A stretch of 64,000 bases of DNA. It comes from Capsulimonadales bacterium. Lineage in GTDB: Bacteria; Armatimonadota; Armatimonadia; Armatimonadales; Armatimonadaceae. Made by a program: the position numbers and the translations under genes. The stretch covers positions 1-64,000 of the forward strand of contig JANRLW010000006.1 of assembly GCA_033762295.1 (NCBI GenBank). The letters are read 5' to 3'. Shown here piece after piece: positions 9,137-19,351 of this stretch; the stretch's first letter is position 1, and every line of letters starts with the position of its first letter. The notes below the pieces were generated by a model. The model was not told where the DNA came from. It was given only the letters and a program-made list of their open reading frames with translations, and did no database searches.

Positions 9137-10603
9137 ATGCCTGACCTGGCTCCCTGTGTTTTCGTGCTTTTCGGCGCGACCGGTGACCTCACCCGTCGGA
9201 AACTGGCCGCCGCACTTTTCGCCCTGCATCGGGACGGTCTTCTTCCGGAGCACTTCGCCATTCTTGCCTATGCGCGTCGGGAAAAAGACGATGAAGCGTT
9301 TCGCGAGGATTTGAAGGCGGCGATCCATGAATTTGCACCGAAAATGCCGACCTCGGGCAAGACCTGGTCGTCATTCGCTTCGCGGGTCTTCTATCAGCGC
9401 GGCGAATTCGATGCTCCGGAAGGGTATCGCGGTCTTAAGGAACGTCTGGACCAGTTGAATCAGGAACTGGGCGCGACCTGCAACCGGTTGTATTATCTCG
9501 CGATTCCGCCGGAGCAGTATGAAACGGTCATCACGCACCTCGGTGAATCCGGCCTGAACCGGCCCGCCCCGGATTGCGGAGCATGGACCCGGATCATTGT
9601 GGAAAAGCCGTTCGGCTACGATCTGGCAACCTCCCACCATCTGAACGAGACCCTGCTGAACTACTTTTCCGAGGATCAGATTTATCGGATCGACCACTAT
9701 CTGGGCAAGGAGACCGTTCAAAACATCCTTGTGTTCCGATTTGCGAACGAGCTATTCGAGCCGCTCTGGAACCATAAGTACGTCGATCATGTGCAGATTA
9801 CGGTCGCGGAGAAGATCGGGGTCGAGGGTCGGGGCAATTTCTTCGATGAGACGGGTATGGCGCGCGATGTGCTCCAGAACCATGCGTTGCAGATTCTTTC
9901 CCTGGTCGCCATGGAGCCCCCCGTTTCGCTCGATGCCAATGCGGTTCGGGATGAAAAGGTCAAAGTTCTGCGGGCCATCCGGTCGATTGCGCGCGAGGAC
10001 GTTTCCACGTCGACGGTTCGTGGGCAGTATGCCGGTTATCGTCAGGAGAACGGGGTAAAACCCGATTCGTTGACCGAGACGTACGCGGCGATGCGCCTGT
10101 TCGTCGACAACTGGCGCTGGGGCGGAACGCCGTTCTACATTCGGGCGGGAAAGGCGATGCCGCGCCGGGTCACTGAGGTTGCGGTACAGTTCCGTTCGAT
10201 TCCTCAGGTTCTTTTCGCCCGTATGAAACGGGAGGACGTTCAGCCCAACGTCCTGGCGATCCGGATTCAGCCGGACGAGGGCATCTTCCTTTTGATCGGT
10301 GCGAAGGAACCCGGTCCGGCAATGAGCCTGAAACCGGTCGATCTGCACTTCACTTACAAAGACGCGTTTCCGAACGCGCAGATTGCCGATGCCTACGAGC
10401 GATTGATTCTGGATGCGATCCGTGGCGATGCCAGCCTTTTCGCGCGGGGCGACGAGGTCGAGGCGGCCTGGAACCTTCTTTCCCCGATTCTGGAAGTATG
10501 GAAGGAGCGTTCAGGCGACATTCAACCCTATTTTACGGGTACCTGGGGTCCGGACCGCGCGGCGGGTCTGCTGGGCGAGGGACGGGCCTGGCGCGAGCCG
10601 TAA
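9137..10603 (+). CDS. zwf: Glucose-6-phosphate 1-dehydrogenase
   Basis: GATGDL, EKPFG, RIDHYLGKE, DNWRW motifs. Confidence 0.97.
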   Translation: MPDLAPCVFVLFGATGDLTRRKLAAALFALHRDGLLPEHFAILAYARREKDDEAFREDLKAAIHEFAPKMPTSGKTWSSFASRVFYQRGEFDAPEGYRGLKERLDQLNQELGATCNRLYYLAIPPEQYETVITHLGESGLNRPAPDCGAWTRIIVEKPFGYDLATSHHLNETLLNYFSEDQIYRIDHYLGKETVQNILVFRFANELFEPLWNHKYVDHVQITVAEKIGVEGRGNFFDETGMARDVLQNHALQILSLVAMEPPVSLDANAVRDEKVKVLRAIRSIAREDVSTSTVRGQYAGYRQENGVKPDSLTETYAAMRLFVDNWRWGGTPFYIRAGKAMPRRVTEVAVQFRSIPQVLFARMKREDVQPNVLAIRIQPDEGIFLLIGAKEPGPAMSLKPVDLHFTYKDAFPNAQIADAYERLILDAIRGDASLFARGDEVEAAWNLLSPILEVWKERSGDIQPYFTGTWGPDRAAGLLGEGRAWREP

Positions 10604-10615
10604 AGGGGAGAGGTT

Positions 10616-11161
10616 ATGTCGGACCTGGGAGTGGTTCGGTTGCTGGCGCTCGATGTGGACGGCACCCTGACCGATGGCACCGTGATCTATTCGGATGCGG
10701 GCCAGGAGTTGAAAGCCTTTCATATCCAGGATGGGCTGGGAATCGTTCTCGCCGGTTTCAGCGGCCTTGGGATTGCCTGGATCACCGGGCGGGATTCGCC
10801 GGTCGTGCGGCGTCGCGCCGCCGAACTGAAGGTCGGCCTGTTGCTCCAGGGAGTGCGCGACAAGGGGACGGCGCTTTCCGAGCTGATGGTTCGGCATGGC
10901 TACGCGCCATCCGAAGTGGCTTTCATGGGCGACGACCTGAACGACCTTCCGGCGATGGGCCGTGCGGGGGTTGCGATCGCTCCGGCGAATGCGGTGTCGG
11001 AGGTCAAACGGGTCGCCCACTATGTGACACCCCGCGCGGGTGGTCAGGGGGCGGTTCGGGACGCGATCGAGATGATTCTTCGGGCGCGCGGCGATTATGA
11101 TGCGGCGCTGGGCAGTTACCTGACCTCCCTGACGGTTTCCGCCAAAAACGTTGTACATTGA
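10616..11161 (+). CDS. kdsC: KDO 8-phosphate phosphatase (HAD IIIA)
   Basis: LDVDGTLTDG, F.IQDGLG, MGDDLND, GGQGAVR. Confidence 0.88.
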   Translation: MSDLGVVRLLALDVDGTLTDGTVIYSDAGQELKAFHIQDGLGIVLAGFSGLGIAWITGRDSPVVRRRAAELKVGLLLQGVRDKGTALSELMVRHGYAPSEVAFMGDDLNDLPAMGRAGVAIAPANAVSEVKRVAHYVTPRAGGQGAVRDAIEMILRARGDYDAALGSYLTSLTVSAKNVVH

Positions 11162-11237
11162 CGTTCCGGTGTTTCCGGTTTCCATGAGCCATCGGAGTAT
11201 TCTCATCGAACAAACCATGTTTTGATGGGAATGAACG

Positions 11238-11528
11238 ATGAGCAAAACACCCAACCTCCATCGAGTCAGGCCGGCAGCGACCCTTCCCAAACCCCAATCC
11301 CTGTTGATGGAAAAGGGGGAGATCGAAGGCGTCACCGCGATTCATCCGGCACCGGAGATCGCCGACGGGCGTCCGCATCCGGACTGGGTGCGCGGCCGAT
11401 GCCCGGAGTGCGGTGATGACCTGGTTTCGAGTATGTACCATGTCCGTGGACGTGGCTACCTGCTTTGCTGGGAGTGCTGGGGCGCCCGGGGGGAGTCCGG
11501 CGCCTGTACGTACCGTCGAGTGCTGTAA
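11238..11528 (+). CDS. Small putative zinc-ribbon protein
   Basis: CPEC...CWEC...C pattern; lies directly ahead of the next gene's RBS. Confidence 0.55.
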   Translation: MSKTPNLHRVRPAATLPKPQSLLMEKGEIEGVTAIHPAPEIADGRPHPDWVRGRCPECGDDLVSSMYHVRGRGYLLCWECWGARGESGACTYRRVL

Positions 11529-11538
11529 GGAGAAACAC

Positions 11539-12135
11539 ATGGCCGTCATATCCGTTATGGACGCCGGGCGGAAAGGGAACCGGGAGGGGAGCCGGGACGC
11601 CGGGCGGGAGATTTCAAGGGTTCAGGTCTTCAAACACGTGACCAAGGACCGCTTGATCGATGTGGGCGATATGCTTCACCTGGAGTCCCGCCGCAGCAAG
11701 ATCGCCTTCACACTGGTCGCGTTCGACGAAAACTTCAAGTCCACGGTTCGAGTCCGCCACTACGCGGACGTTTCCGATATCAAACTCGTCTGCTGGGATA
11801 TCCTTCATGGGACATTTTCCGAGTGGACCGATTACAAGGGCAGTTCGACCGAGGAGGGTACGCAGGCCCGGGTCATGACCCTCCGGAAAGACCCGAAATA
11901 TCGCCAACCGTTCGTGATCAAGATCGATAACGGTCGGGGGGAAACGATGCCGGGCGGAGCGGTGAAGATGGTTCAGGCGACCGATACGCTGACGTTGCTG
12001 TTGTCGGAGTGGGATGCCCGGCGTATGGCAGCGACGATCTACGATTACATTCGGGATTGGGAGACGGTCCACTTTCGTCGTCGGCAGGAGGCGCAGACCA
12101 TCATCCTGGCCGGTTCCGACGGTCCGGCGCATTGA
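11539..12135 (+). CDS. Hypothetical protein
   Basis: AAGGAG RBS 6 nt before the ATG at 11539; globular composition. Confidence 0.7.
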   Translation: MAVISVMDAGRKGNREGSRDAGREISRVQVFKHVTKDRLIDVGDMLHLESRRSKIAFTLVAFDENFKSTVRVRHYADVSDIKLVCWDILHGTFSEWTDYKGSSTEEGTQARVMTLRKDPKYRQPFVIKIDNGRGETMPGGAVKMVQATDTLTLLLSEWDARRMAATIYDYIRDWETVHFRRRQEAQTIILAGSDGPAH

Positions 12136-12200
12136 TCGATATGGATTCGGGCGGGAATCCGACCATCGGGGAAAAGCGAGGCGATGACGCCTCGCTTTTT

Positions 12201-13109
12201 TCAGTACGGGCCGGAGATGGTTTCTCCGTCGCAGGTGAACTGAAGAGAGCCGCTCTGTGTGTCCGTCCGGTAAACCGATGCGCCGGTTGCGGTCAAGCGT
12301 TCCATGGTGTCCGGATGGGGGTAGCCGCTCCGGTTGGGGCCGACGCTGACGACCGCGATATCGGGAGAAACCAGCCGGAGAAACTCCGGCGAGGAGGATT
12401 TGCCGCTCGCGAACCGGGCCGCTCGCAACCAATCCGCTCGGAGGTCCGGTTGCCTGCCGATCAACAGGTTTTCCCCCTTGCGTTCGAGGCCGCCGGCAAA
12501 CAGGAAGCGGCATCTTCCGAAGCCGATACGGACCACGACCGAGTTGTTGGCCGCCTTCGGCGGTTCACTGACCAGGGGTTCGCCGGGCGACAGTACTTCG
12601 ACCGTCACACCGTCCATTTCAATATGGGCACCGGCTCGAATAACGGTGACCGGAATCCCTTTGCGCCGGGCTCCTTCCCGAAACTGAGTATGCCACTGAT
12701 TGATGACCGGCCCTCCCGGTTCCCAGATCCGGTCGACCGGAAAGTTTCCGAGGAGATCGGACATTCCGCCGATCGCTTCCGCATAGGGGTAAGGCACGAT
12801 TAGGAGCTCGATTCGTTTCGCCTGCGCGATCTTCAGCGACCGGCTAACGTGATCCCCCTGTCCGACGGGACCGGCGCCAATCACGATGAAACGCCCGGCG
12901 GGGGTACGAAGCCAGGCCGCCTCTCCATGGCCGACGTTCAGAACGGATACCACCAGGTGGTCTTTCGGAAGGACGGGAGGCTGACGTCGGCGAAGTTTCT
13001 GACCGACCAGCAGGGCAAATGCGGAGAGGGCCGCCATGGTAAGAACCGGCAACAGGTATCGGGGAAGAGTCCGCAGAAGGTAGGACCACCGAATACCGTC
13101 CGCTCTCAC
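12201..13109 (-). CDS. ComEC/Rec2-type metallo-beta-lactamase fold protein with degenerate metal motifs
   Basis: N-terminal TM; VGHGEA, NNSVVVRI, FLFAG, AVVSVG..N..YPHP, VYRTD match the ComEC MBL layout. Confidence 0.8.
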   Translation of the reverse strand: MRADGIRWSYLLRTLPRYLLPVLTMAALSAFALLVGQKLRRRQPPVLPKDHLVVSVLNVGHGEAAWLRTPAGRFIVIGAGPVGQGDHVSRSLKIAQAKRIELLIVPYPYAEAIGGMSDLLGNFPVDRIWEPGGPVINQWHTQFREGARRKGIPVTVIRAGAHIEMDGVTVEVLSPGEPLVSEPPKAANNSVVVRIGFGRCRFLFAGGLERKGENLLIGRQPDLRADWLRAARFASGKSSSPEFLRLVSPDIAVVSVGPNRSGYPHPDTMERLTATGASVYRTDTQSGSLQFTCDGETISGPY

Positions 13110-13140
13110 GTCACCGCTCTCCGCAGGATTCGCCCCCCGT

Positions 13141-13896
13141 TCATCGGTGTTCCGCCCGGCTGCTCTCCGTCAGGTGGTAGGAGAGGACCGCTAGTTCCTG
13201 CAGGAAGGAAACGTTTCGAACAATGACATTTCCCGGCAGGCGCAGAATAATCGGTGCAAAATTCAAAATGGCGCGAACTCCGCTTTCGATCGCATGCTCG
13301 GCGGCCGATTGAGCGGCAACAGCGGGGACGGCAAGAATGCAGATTCGCGCCCCGAGGGTCCGGTTGATTTCGTGCAATCGCCGGAAATCGTACACTTCGA
13401 TCCCCCGAAGTCGGCGGCCGACCTTGTTGATGTCGGCATCGAAGGCGGCAACGATGCGGAATTTATGCTCCTCGAGGCCCGGGTACCCTACCAGTGCGGA
13501 GCCCAGGTTTCCGGCTCCGATCAGAAGGATCGGTTGAACCCGGTTGATCTGAAGAATCTCCGCGATTCGGCCTTCCAGGTCCGTGACATTATATCCGACG
13601 CCGGGTTTTCCGAACTCCCCGAACCAGGATAGGTCCTTTCGGAATTGCGCCGCGCTGATTCCGGTCTGCTGCTCGATCTGAGAGGACGAGACCGTATCCA
13701 GTCCGGTCGCTCCCATGTCGATCAGACAGCGCAAATAGGTCGTCAATCGTTCAAGGGTCGGAATGGGAACTTCTTTTTCAGCGGGTTTTCTGTCGGGGTT
13801 TCGGTTCCCACCGAGGGGGTTTTCCGAAGGTTCGGTCGTTGTCTCGGGGGAGGGAGCGGAGTCGTTGGCGTTACCCGGCAGTTCTTCGTGCGGCAT
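13141..13896 (-). CDS. rex: Redox-sensing transcriptional repressor
   Basis: RL..YLR, QFRKDLSWFGEFGKPGVGY, IGAGNLG, ILNFAP. Confidence 0.95.
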   Translation of the reverse strand: MPHEELPGNANDSAPSPETTTEPSENPLGGNRNPDRKPAEKEVPIPTLERLTTYLRCLIDMGATGLDTVSSSQIEQQTGISAAQFRKDLSWFGEFGKPGVGYNVTDLEGRIAEILQINRVQPILLIGAGNLGSALVGYPGLEEHKFRIVAAFDADINKVGRRLRGIEVYDFRRLHEINRTLGARICILAVPAVAAQSAAEHAIESGVRAILNFAPIILRLPGNVIVRNVSFLQELAVLSYHLTESSRAEHR

Positions 13897-13957
13897 AACG
13901 GTATTATAGCATGACGCAAAGTCGCTACCTTAGAGAGTGCGATACAATACCGGCGCG

Positions 13958-14992
13958 ATGCGTTACGGAAAAATCGAAGTTTGGCCCAATGTGGTACTGG
14001 CGCCGATGGCGGGGATCACCTCCCATCCGTTCCGGGTTCTCTGTAAGCGTCACGGGCGAGTCGGTCTTGTGGTCACCGAGTTGATCTCGTCGATGGCGAT
14101 CCATTATCGAAACGCGAAAACGTTCGGCATGTTTGACTGGACGGACGAGGAGCGCCCCGTATTCTGCCAGTTGTTCGGTGGCGATCCGTCGGTGATGGCC
14201 GAGGCGGCGCGAGTCGTCGTCGACCGGGGAGCGGATGGCGTCGATATCAACATGGGGTGCTGGGTTCCGAAGGTGGCGAAAACCGGCGCCGGCGCCGCCC
14301 TTTTGAAGGACCTCTGCCAGGCGGAAGCGGTCGTGAAGGCGGTGGTCGAGGCCGTGCCCTCCGTACCGGTCACGGTCAAGGTCCGTTCCGGATGGGATTC
14401 CCGCGACGAAACCGCGCCCCGGTTCGCACGGGCCGCCGCCGCTCTCGGCGCGAAGGCCGTCACCGTGCATGCCCGTTTCGCCTCGCAGGGGTTCACCGGG
14501 ACGGCCGATTGGTCGGTGATCGCCCGTGTCCGGGAAGCCGTCGGCGGTTCGATTCCGGTGATCGGGAACGGCGATATTGAGACCCCGCAGGATGCCAAAC
14601 GCATGCTGTCCGAAACGGGCTGTGACGGGGTGATGGTAGGGCGGGCGGCGATGGGCAACCCCTGGCTTCTGGCACGGATCGGGCTTTATCTGGAGACGGG
14701 GGTGCTTGCGCCGGAACCCTCGGTGACGGAACGGATCGGCGTCGCCCGCGACCATGCCCGACTGCAGGTGGAGTGTCAGGGGGAGGACATCGCCTGCCGG
14801 GAACTGCGCGGCCTGTTGTCCCACTATTTCCGGGGGTTCAACGGAGCGTCGCACATTCGAACGGCGCTCACGCAGGTCCGGTCACTGAACGATATCGAAT
14901 CCGTTCTCGACCGGGCGCAAACCTGGTACGGAGAGGCAATCGCGGACCCCGAACCACGAACTATCGAAACGGATCCCGTCCATTCCCTGTAG
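13958..14992 (+). CDS. dusB: tRNA-dihydrouridine synthase
   Basis: LAPMAG, DINMGC, TVKVRSGW, IGNGDI, GVMVGRAAMGNPW. Confidence 0.92.
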   Translation: MRYGKIEVWPNVVLAPMAGITSHPFRVLCKRHGRVGLVVTELISSMAIHYRNAKTFGMFDWTDEERPVFCQLFGGDPSVMAEAARVVVDRGADGVDINMGCWVPKVAKTGAGAALLKDLCQAEAVVKAVVEAVPSVPVTVKVRSGWDSRDETAPRFARAAAALGAKAVTVHARFASQGFTGTADWSVIARVREAVGGSIPVIGNGDIETPQDAKRMLSETGCDGVMVGRAAMGNPWLLARIGLYLETGVLAPEPSVTERIGVARDHARLQVECQGEDIACRELRGLLSHYFRGFNGASHIRTALTQVRSLNDIESVLDRAQTWYGEAIADPEPRTIETDPVHSL

Positions 14993-15099
14993 AGCGGTCG
15001 TTCGTCGCTTCTTTTTTCGCTCATCGATTTGCATATGCTTCTCCGCTCCGGTATCGTCTTAATAAAGGTGTCGATCGCGATACCGGAAAGGAAACTGCG

Positions 15100-15495
15100 G
15101 TGAAAGACACGGTCGTAATGCGAGTCGCCCGTCCGACCGATCGGTTGGATGAAGTGGTACGCTTTTATGTGGATGCGCTGGGCTTTGAGGAGCTTTCGTC
15201 CTTCGAGGGTCATGACGGATTCGATGGCGTCATCCTGGGGCATCATGGTTCTCCGTATCACCTGGAGTTCACGCGATGGAAGGGGCATGGTGCGGGAAGC
15301 GCTCCGTCGGAGGAAAATCTTCTGGTTTTCTACCTTCCGGACGCGGAGCAGTGGCAGGCGGCGGTGGACAGTATGCTGGCGAAGGGGTACCATCCCGTTC
15401 CTTCGCACAACCCGTACTGGGACCGGAACGGCAGAACCTTCGTCGATCCCGATGGTTATCGGGTCGTTTTGCAGAACGCCTCCTGGTCGCTTTAA
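15100..15495 (+). CDS. VOC/glyoxalase family protein (YycE-like)
   Basis: RVARPT, HDGFDGV, YHLEFT, NPYW, DPDGYRVVL; GTG start after AAGGA. Confidence 0.85.
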   Translation: MKDTVVMRVARPTDRLDEVVRFYVDALGFEELSSFEGHDGFDGVILGHHGSPYHLEFTRWKGHGAGSAPSEENLLVFYLPDAEQWQAAVDSMLAKGYHPVPSHNPYWDRNGRTFVDPDGYRVVLQNASWSL

Positions 15496-15548
15496 CGCCG
15501 TCATAACCTGGGGAACTGTTCGAGGGAAAGGTTCGTTTCCATAAGGGT

Positions 15549-16718
15549 ATGCGAAATCCGCTGTCCGCCTTCAACTATTTCTCCCGGAATCCCGGCAAGG
15601 TCGCACCGATGGGCTTTGTCATCGTCCTGTCGGTCTTCCTGATCGCGACGATTGCCTGCCTGGCCAATTCGATTGACCGGACCATTCTGACGATCTACGG
15701 TTATACGAATTACTACACCTACGTCATCCCGCAACGGGTGACAGCCCGGGTTCCGGAGGATCAGAAGGCGATCATCCGTTCCGATGCGCGTATCGATCGG
15801 GTGATGGAGGCGAGCCTTTTCTTTACCAATATCAAAACCGTCATCGGTTCGCTGCCGTTTGTCGTTCTCGGCCTGGACCCGGACAACCGGGCATATATCC
15901 TGAACCGGATCGGCACAGGTTTGACGGAAGGACGGATGCCGGCGGAAGGGATGCCCGAAGCTGCCATTTCCCAGCCTCTGGCAAAAAACAAACGGATCAA
16001 GATCGGTGATATCATCGCCGGTCCGCTGGACGAAGGGGGTATTTCCGGTTCGCCGATCCCCGTCCGGTGCGTCGGGATCCTCCGTGGTCCGGTATGGATC
16101 GCGATCAGTACGAAATCGTTCTGCGACACCACCTTTCTGGCCGCTCCCCGGTCGACCATTTACACGGCGAAGACGCCTGCGGAACTGATGGCGATCAACG
16201 ATACGATGATGCCGGCCCACAACAAGGAGAGCGGCAAGCTTTCCCCCTCGCGTTGTCAGGTCCTCTCCCGCCAGAACCTGATCAAGCAGGTGCGCGACAG
16301 TCTTTCCACGATGTTCTTGATCATGGCCGTCGTCAACGGGACCGTTATCTTCGTCATCGCGTTGATGAGCGGTATGCTGTCGAACATTTACTTTACGCAG
16401 CGCATCGGAGAGTTCGCCGTTCTGGCGGCGATCGGATACCAGCGGACACAGCTGGTCGGGCGTATTCTGGCCGAAACTTTTCTGCTCAACCTGATCGGAT
16501 GGGCGATCGGAGCGACACTGACATACGTCGTGCTGTCGGTCTTCCGCGAACCGGTCTTCGAACCCCGGGGCCTTTTCATCGACCCGCTGGACCGTTTCGC
16601 TTACGCCTATACGCTCCCGATCCCGATTGTCATCACCGCCTTTGCCGTCGTTACGATCGGCATCCGCCTTTTACGGTTCGACCCGGTTACGATCATCGAA
16701 CGTCGTGAGGTAGCCTGA
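15549..16718 (+). CDS. FtsX/MacB-like ABC permease
   Basis: TM1, large extracytoplasmic loop, then three TMs; QRIGEFAVLAAIG. Confidence 0.85.
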   Translation: MRNPLSAFNYFSRNPGKVAPMGFVIVLSVFLIATIACLANSIDRTILTIYGYTNYYTYVIPQRVTARVPEDQKAIIRSDARIDRVMEASLFFTNIKTVIGSLPFVVLGLDPDNRAYILNRIGTGLTEGRMPAEGMPEAAISQPLAKNKRIKIGDIIAGPLDEGGISGSPIPVRCVGILRGPVWIAISTKSFCDTTFLAAPRSTIYTAKTPAELMAINDTMMPAHNKESGKLSPSRCQVLSRQNLIKQVRDSLSTMFLIMAVVNGTVIFVIALMSGMLSNIYFTQRIGEFAVLAAIGYQRTQLVGRILAETFLLNLIGWAIGATLTYVVLSVFREPVFEPRGLFIDPLDRFAYAYTLPIPIVITAFAVVTIGIRLLRFDPVTIIERREVA

Positions 16719-17395
16719 TGGGAAAGGGGAGCAGCGCGGAACTGGCCGCGGAAGGGGTTTCTCTGGCCTATAACGACGGAGAGCGAACAACCTTTGCGCT
16801 TCGCGAGGTAACGTTGACGTTGCCTGCGGGGCGGTTGTACGGCATTATGGGTCCGTCCGGTTCGGGGAAGTCGTCCCTTCTCTATATCCTTTCGGGATTG
16901 AAGCCGCCGACTGCGGGCGCGGCGCGTTTCGGCGATTTCGTGTACCGGGAGCGGAGCAACGCCGAGGTGACCGCTTTGCGCCGCGCCCGTTTCGGGTTTG
17001 TCTTCCAGCAACCCTTTTTGCTGCCGTACCTGACGGCTCTGGAGAATGCGGTGACCGCCGCGCCGAAGCCGGACCTGACCGCGCGGGATCGTGCCCGCGA
17101 TCTTCTTCGGGAGATGGGGCTGGGGGGGATGGAGAACAAACTGCCGTCCCAGCTTTCCGGGGGGGAGAAGCAGAGGGTATCGGTCGTTCGAGCGATGATG
17201 AACGATCCGGATGTCATTTTCGCGGACGAACCGACGGCGGCGCTGGATCACCGGAACGGCCACCGGGTCGTGGAGGCGCTGGCGACCTGGCGGGCACGTG
17301 GGACGGTCGTGATCGTCACCCATGACCCGGAAATGGTGCGCAACGCCGATGAGGTGGTGTTGTTGCGCGACGGCATGATTTCCGACGTCAAGTAG
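16718..17395 (+). CDS. ABC transporter ATP-binding protein (LolD/MacB-like)
   Basis: GPSGSGKS, LSGGEKQR, FADEPT, VTHD. Confidence 0.95.
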   Translation: MGKGSSAELAAEGVSLAYNDGERTTFALREVTLTLPAGRLYGIMGPSGSGKSSLLYILSGLKPPTAGAARFGDFVYRERSNAEVTALRRARFGFVFQQPFLLPYLTALENAVTAAPKPDLTARDRARDLLREMGLGGMENKLPSQLSGGEKQRVSVVRAMMNDPDVIFADEPTAALDHRNGHRVVEALATWRARGTVVIVTHDPEMVRNADEVVLLRDGMISDVK

Positions 17396-17471
17396 CGATG
17401 ATACTTCCCTCGGCTTTCCTGTTTGCCCGCAAAGGTACGGGTTTTCAATCGTTCTAATGGAAGGCGAAGCA

Positions 17472-17488
17472 GGGGCATGGAATTTGCT
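17472..17488 (+). promoter_or_regulatory. Candidate sigma54 (-24/-12) promoter
   Basis: ggGGCATGgaatTTGCT with exact GG-N10-GC spacing. Confidence 0.45.
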
Positions 17489-17563
17489 TTTTTACTGAGT
17501 GGAACGTTGATTTACCAACACATTGGCTAATTGGAACAGTTTTTCACGAGGGAAGGCAACTAA

Positions 17564-18259
17564 ATGCTGTTCACATCCAAACAGATCACTCCGCAAAATC
17601 CGGTCTCGACCGGATCGATGTCCCAGAACCCGGCGCGAGTGTCCGGACCGAAGAACACGTCGGAGATCAACCTGTTGCCTTTGCAGGCGATTCTGTTTCA
17701 CCTGACCCGGAACTGCGCGGAATCCCTGGGTAAGTGTGTCCGGCATTTCGAGGGGGAGGATGCCTGGGGGATCGGCGCGATGCCGAACTGCATGACTCCG
17801 GCGGATAACCTGGAAGCGGAGGCGCGCGCGCTGCTCTGTAATTCCATGTTGTCCCCCGATCAGACCATGGATGTCACTGTCTGTCTGAAGGTTGCGGCGG
17901 ACCTGCGAACGGTCGCACGCTGCGCCCGGCAGGCGTCGCAGTTGTCCTGGTTGTTCCGGCAGATGCCCAACGATTGGGAAGCGCTGGAGATCGTCCTTCC
18001 GGTGGGTCGGGCGGCCTATCAGGTGGCGATTCGGGCGGCCGAGTGCGTTGAAAAAAACGACCCGATTCTGGCTCGCGATGCCGCACTCCTTTACCGCCGC
18101 GTCGATCTGGCCTGCGCGGAAGCGGAAAGAATCCTCGACTGCGGACTGGGCGCGGGAACTCTGACCCCGGAATGCTGCCGCATGGTCCGTGCCGCCGTCT
18201 GGTTTATGGCGATCGCCGGTGAGGCGATGGCGCGTATCGCCGCCCGTGTCGCTCTGTGA
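17564..18259 (+). CDS. PhoU-like helical protein, divergent and Cys-rich
   Basis: Two helical repeats; LKVAADLRTVAR and D..LARD...VD resemble PhoU repeats. Confidence 0.55.
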   Translation: MLFTSKQITPQNPVSTGSMSQNPARVSGPKNTSEINLLPLQAILFHLTRNCAESLGKCVRHFEGEDAWGIGAMPNCMTPADNLEAEARALLCNSMLSPDQTMDVTVCLKVAADLRTVARCARQASQLSWLFRQMPNDWEALEIVLPVGRAAYQVAIRAAECVEKNDPILARDAALLYRRVDLACAEAERILDCGLGAGTLTPECCRMVRAAVWFMAIAGEAMARIAARVAL

Positions 18260-18377
18260 TCGTCGCTCCGTAACCGGCACAAACCGTTCCGCCCGGGTAA
18301 CGAATCGGGTACAATGATCCGTCAGTCGTAACGGAAAGGCACGGCGGAACGATGGTTTCCGCCGCAGGAACGAATCC

Positions 18378-18983
18378 ATGGTGGCCCGAGATACGGCCTC
18401 CGTCACGCGGAAAGTCGGTCCTTTCGATGTTTCCGCCGGGCAGGATGAACTCGTCCTTCGAATGCCGAAACAGGGTGAGTTATCCTTCCTCGGCTGCATG
18501 ATGTTTGGCTCCACAATGCTCGCCGTCCTGATCATCGGCGTAATGAGCGTCCTACAAAACCAGGGATCGACCGTTCGCGGCATAGGAGTCGAACAGCCGT
18601 CGATTCTGTTCTCCTTACGGGAAAATCATTTCGGCTTTTTGTGGCTGTTCGGTTCGGCGCTCATCCTCTTTCTCCTTCCGCTGTACGTCCTCAGGGCGTA
18701 TAATGCGGACCTCGTTTTCCGTTTTCGGCGATCGGACGATTCGTTTTTCCGGGGTAGCCGACGGGTTACCCGGCTTCGCCGAATTGAGTTCGTGACGATC
18801 CGCGAGACGAAGGACCCGGACAAACGCTACCTGTACCTGTTGAGCCTGGTCTACAACGACGGCCAGCAGATGCTGATTCACAACGGATACGATGAACGCG
18901 CGACCATGAATCTGGCGAACGAAATCAGTGTGTTTGTCGGATGCCCGGTCAAGTGGAAACAGGGGCGGGCCGGAGTGATTTGA
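18378..18983 (+). CDS. Hypothetical membrane protein (2 TM plus soluble beta-rich domain)
   Basis: AGGA RBS; two hydrophobic segments. Confidence 0.65.
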   Translation: MVARDTASVTRKVGPFDVSAGQDELVLRMPKQGELSFLGCMMFGSTMLAVLIIGVMSVLQNQGSTVRGIGVEQPSILFSLRENHFGFLWLFGSALILFLLPLYVLRAYNADLVFRFRRSDDSFFRGSRRVTRLRRIEFVTIRETKDPDKRYLYLLSLVYNDGQQMLIHNGYDERATMNLANEISVFVGCPVKWKQGRAGVI

Positions 18984-19023
18984 ACACCGACGGGGTAGGG
19001 CAAGGGGAGATGACAGGAAAGGG

Positions 19024-19311
19024 ATGCCTGTGAATCTGGTGACGATCGGCGTTTTCAATACGGAGATCGAGGCGAGCCTGTACCTCATGCGCCTGCGTGA
19101 CGCGGATATCTTCGCGACATTGAGTAATACGGCCTATCATCAGGTCTCCGGAGCGATTTTCGGAGCGGTTCCCGGCTTCCAGGGTATCTGGGTCCAGGTT
19201 CGCGAGGAGGATGCCGAACGGGCGGAAGCCATTCTGCGACTTCCGCCTCCGGCCATCGATGAGGACGCACTGGCGGCCGCGGCGGAGGCGGCGACCTCGG
19301 ACGATGTCTGA
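19024..19311 (+). CDS. DUF2007-like small protein
   Basis: EA.L...L...I pattern and VQVREEDAERAEAIL. Confidence 0.7.
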   Translation: MPVNLVTIGVFNTEIEASLYLMRLRDADIFATLSNTAYHQVSGAIFGAVPGFQGIWVQVREEDAERAEAILRLPPPAIDEDALAAAAEAATSDDV

Positions 19312-19351
19312 CACCGAGGGTCGTTCCGGCCGCAAGGTCGATTTTTAAAGG

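Noticed and set aside
8929..9144. 71-aa ORF in the track
   Set aside because: Overlies tRNA-Sec; no protein features
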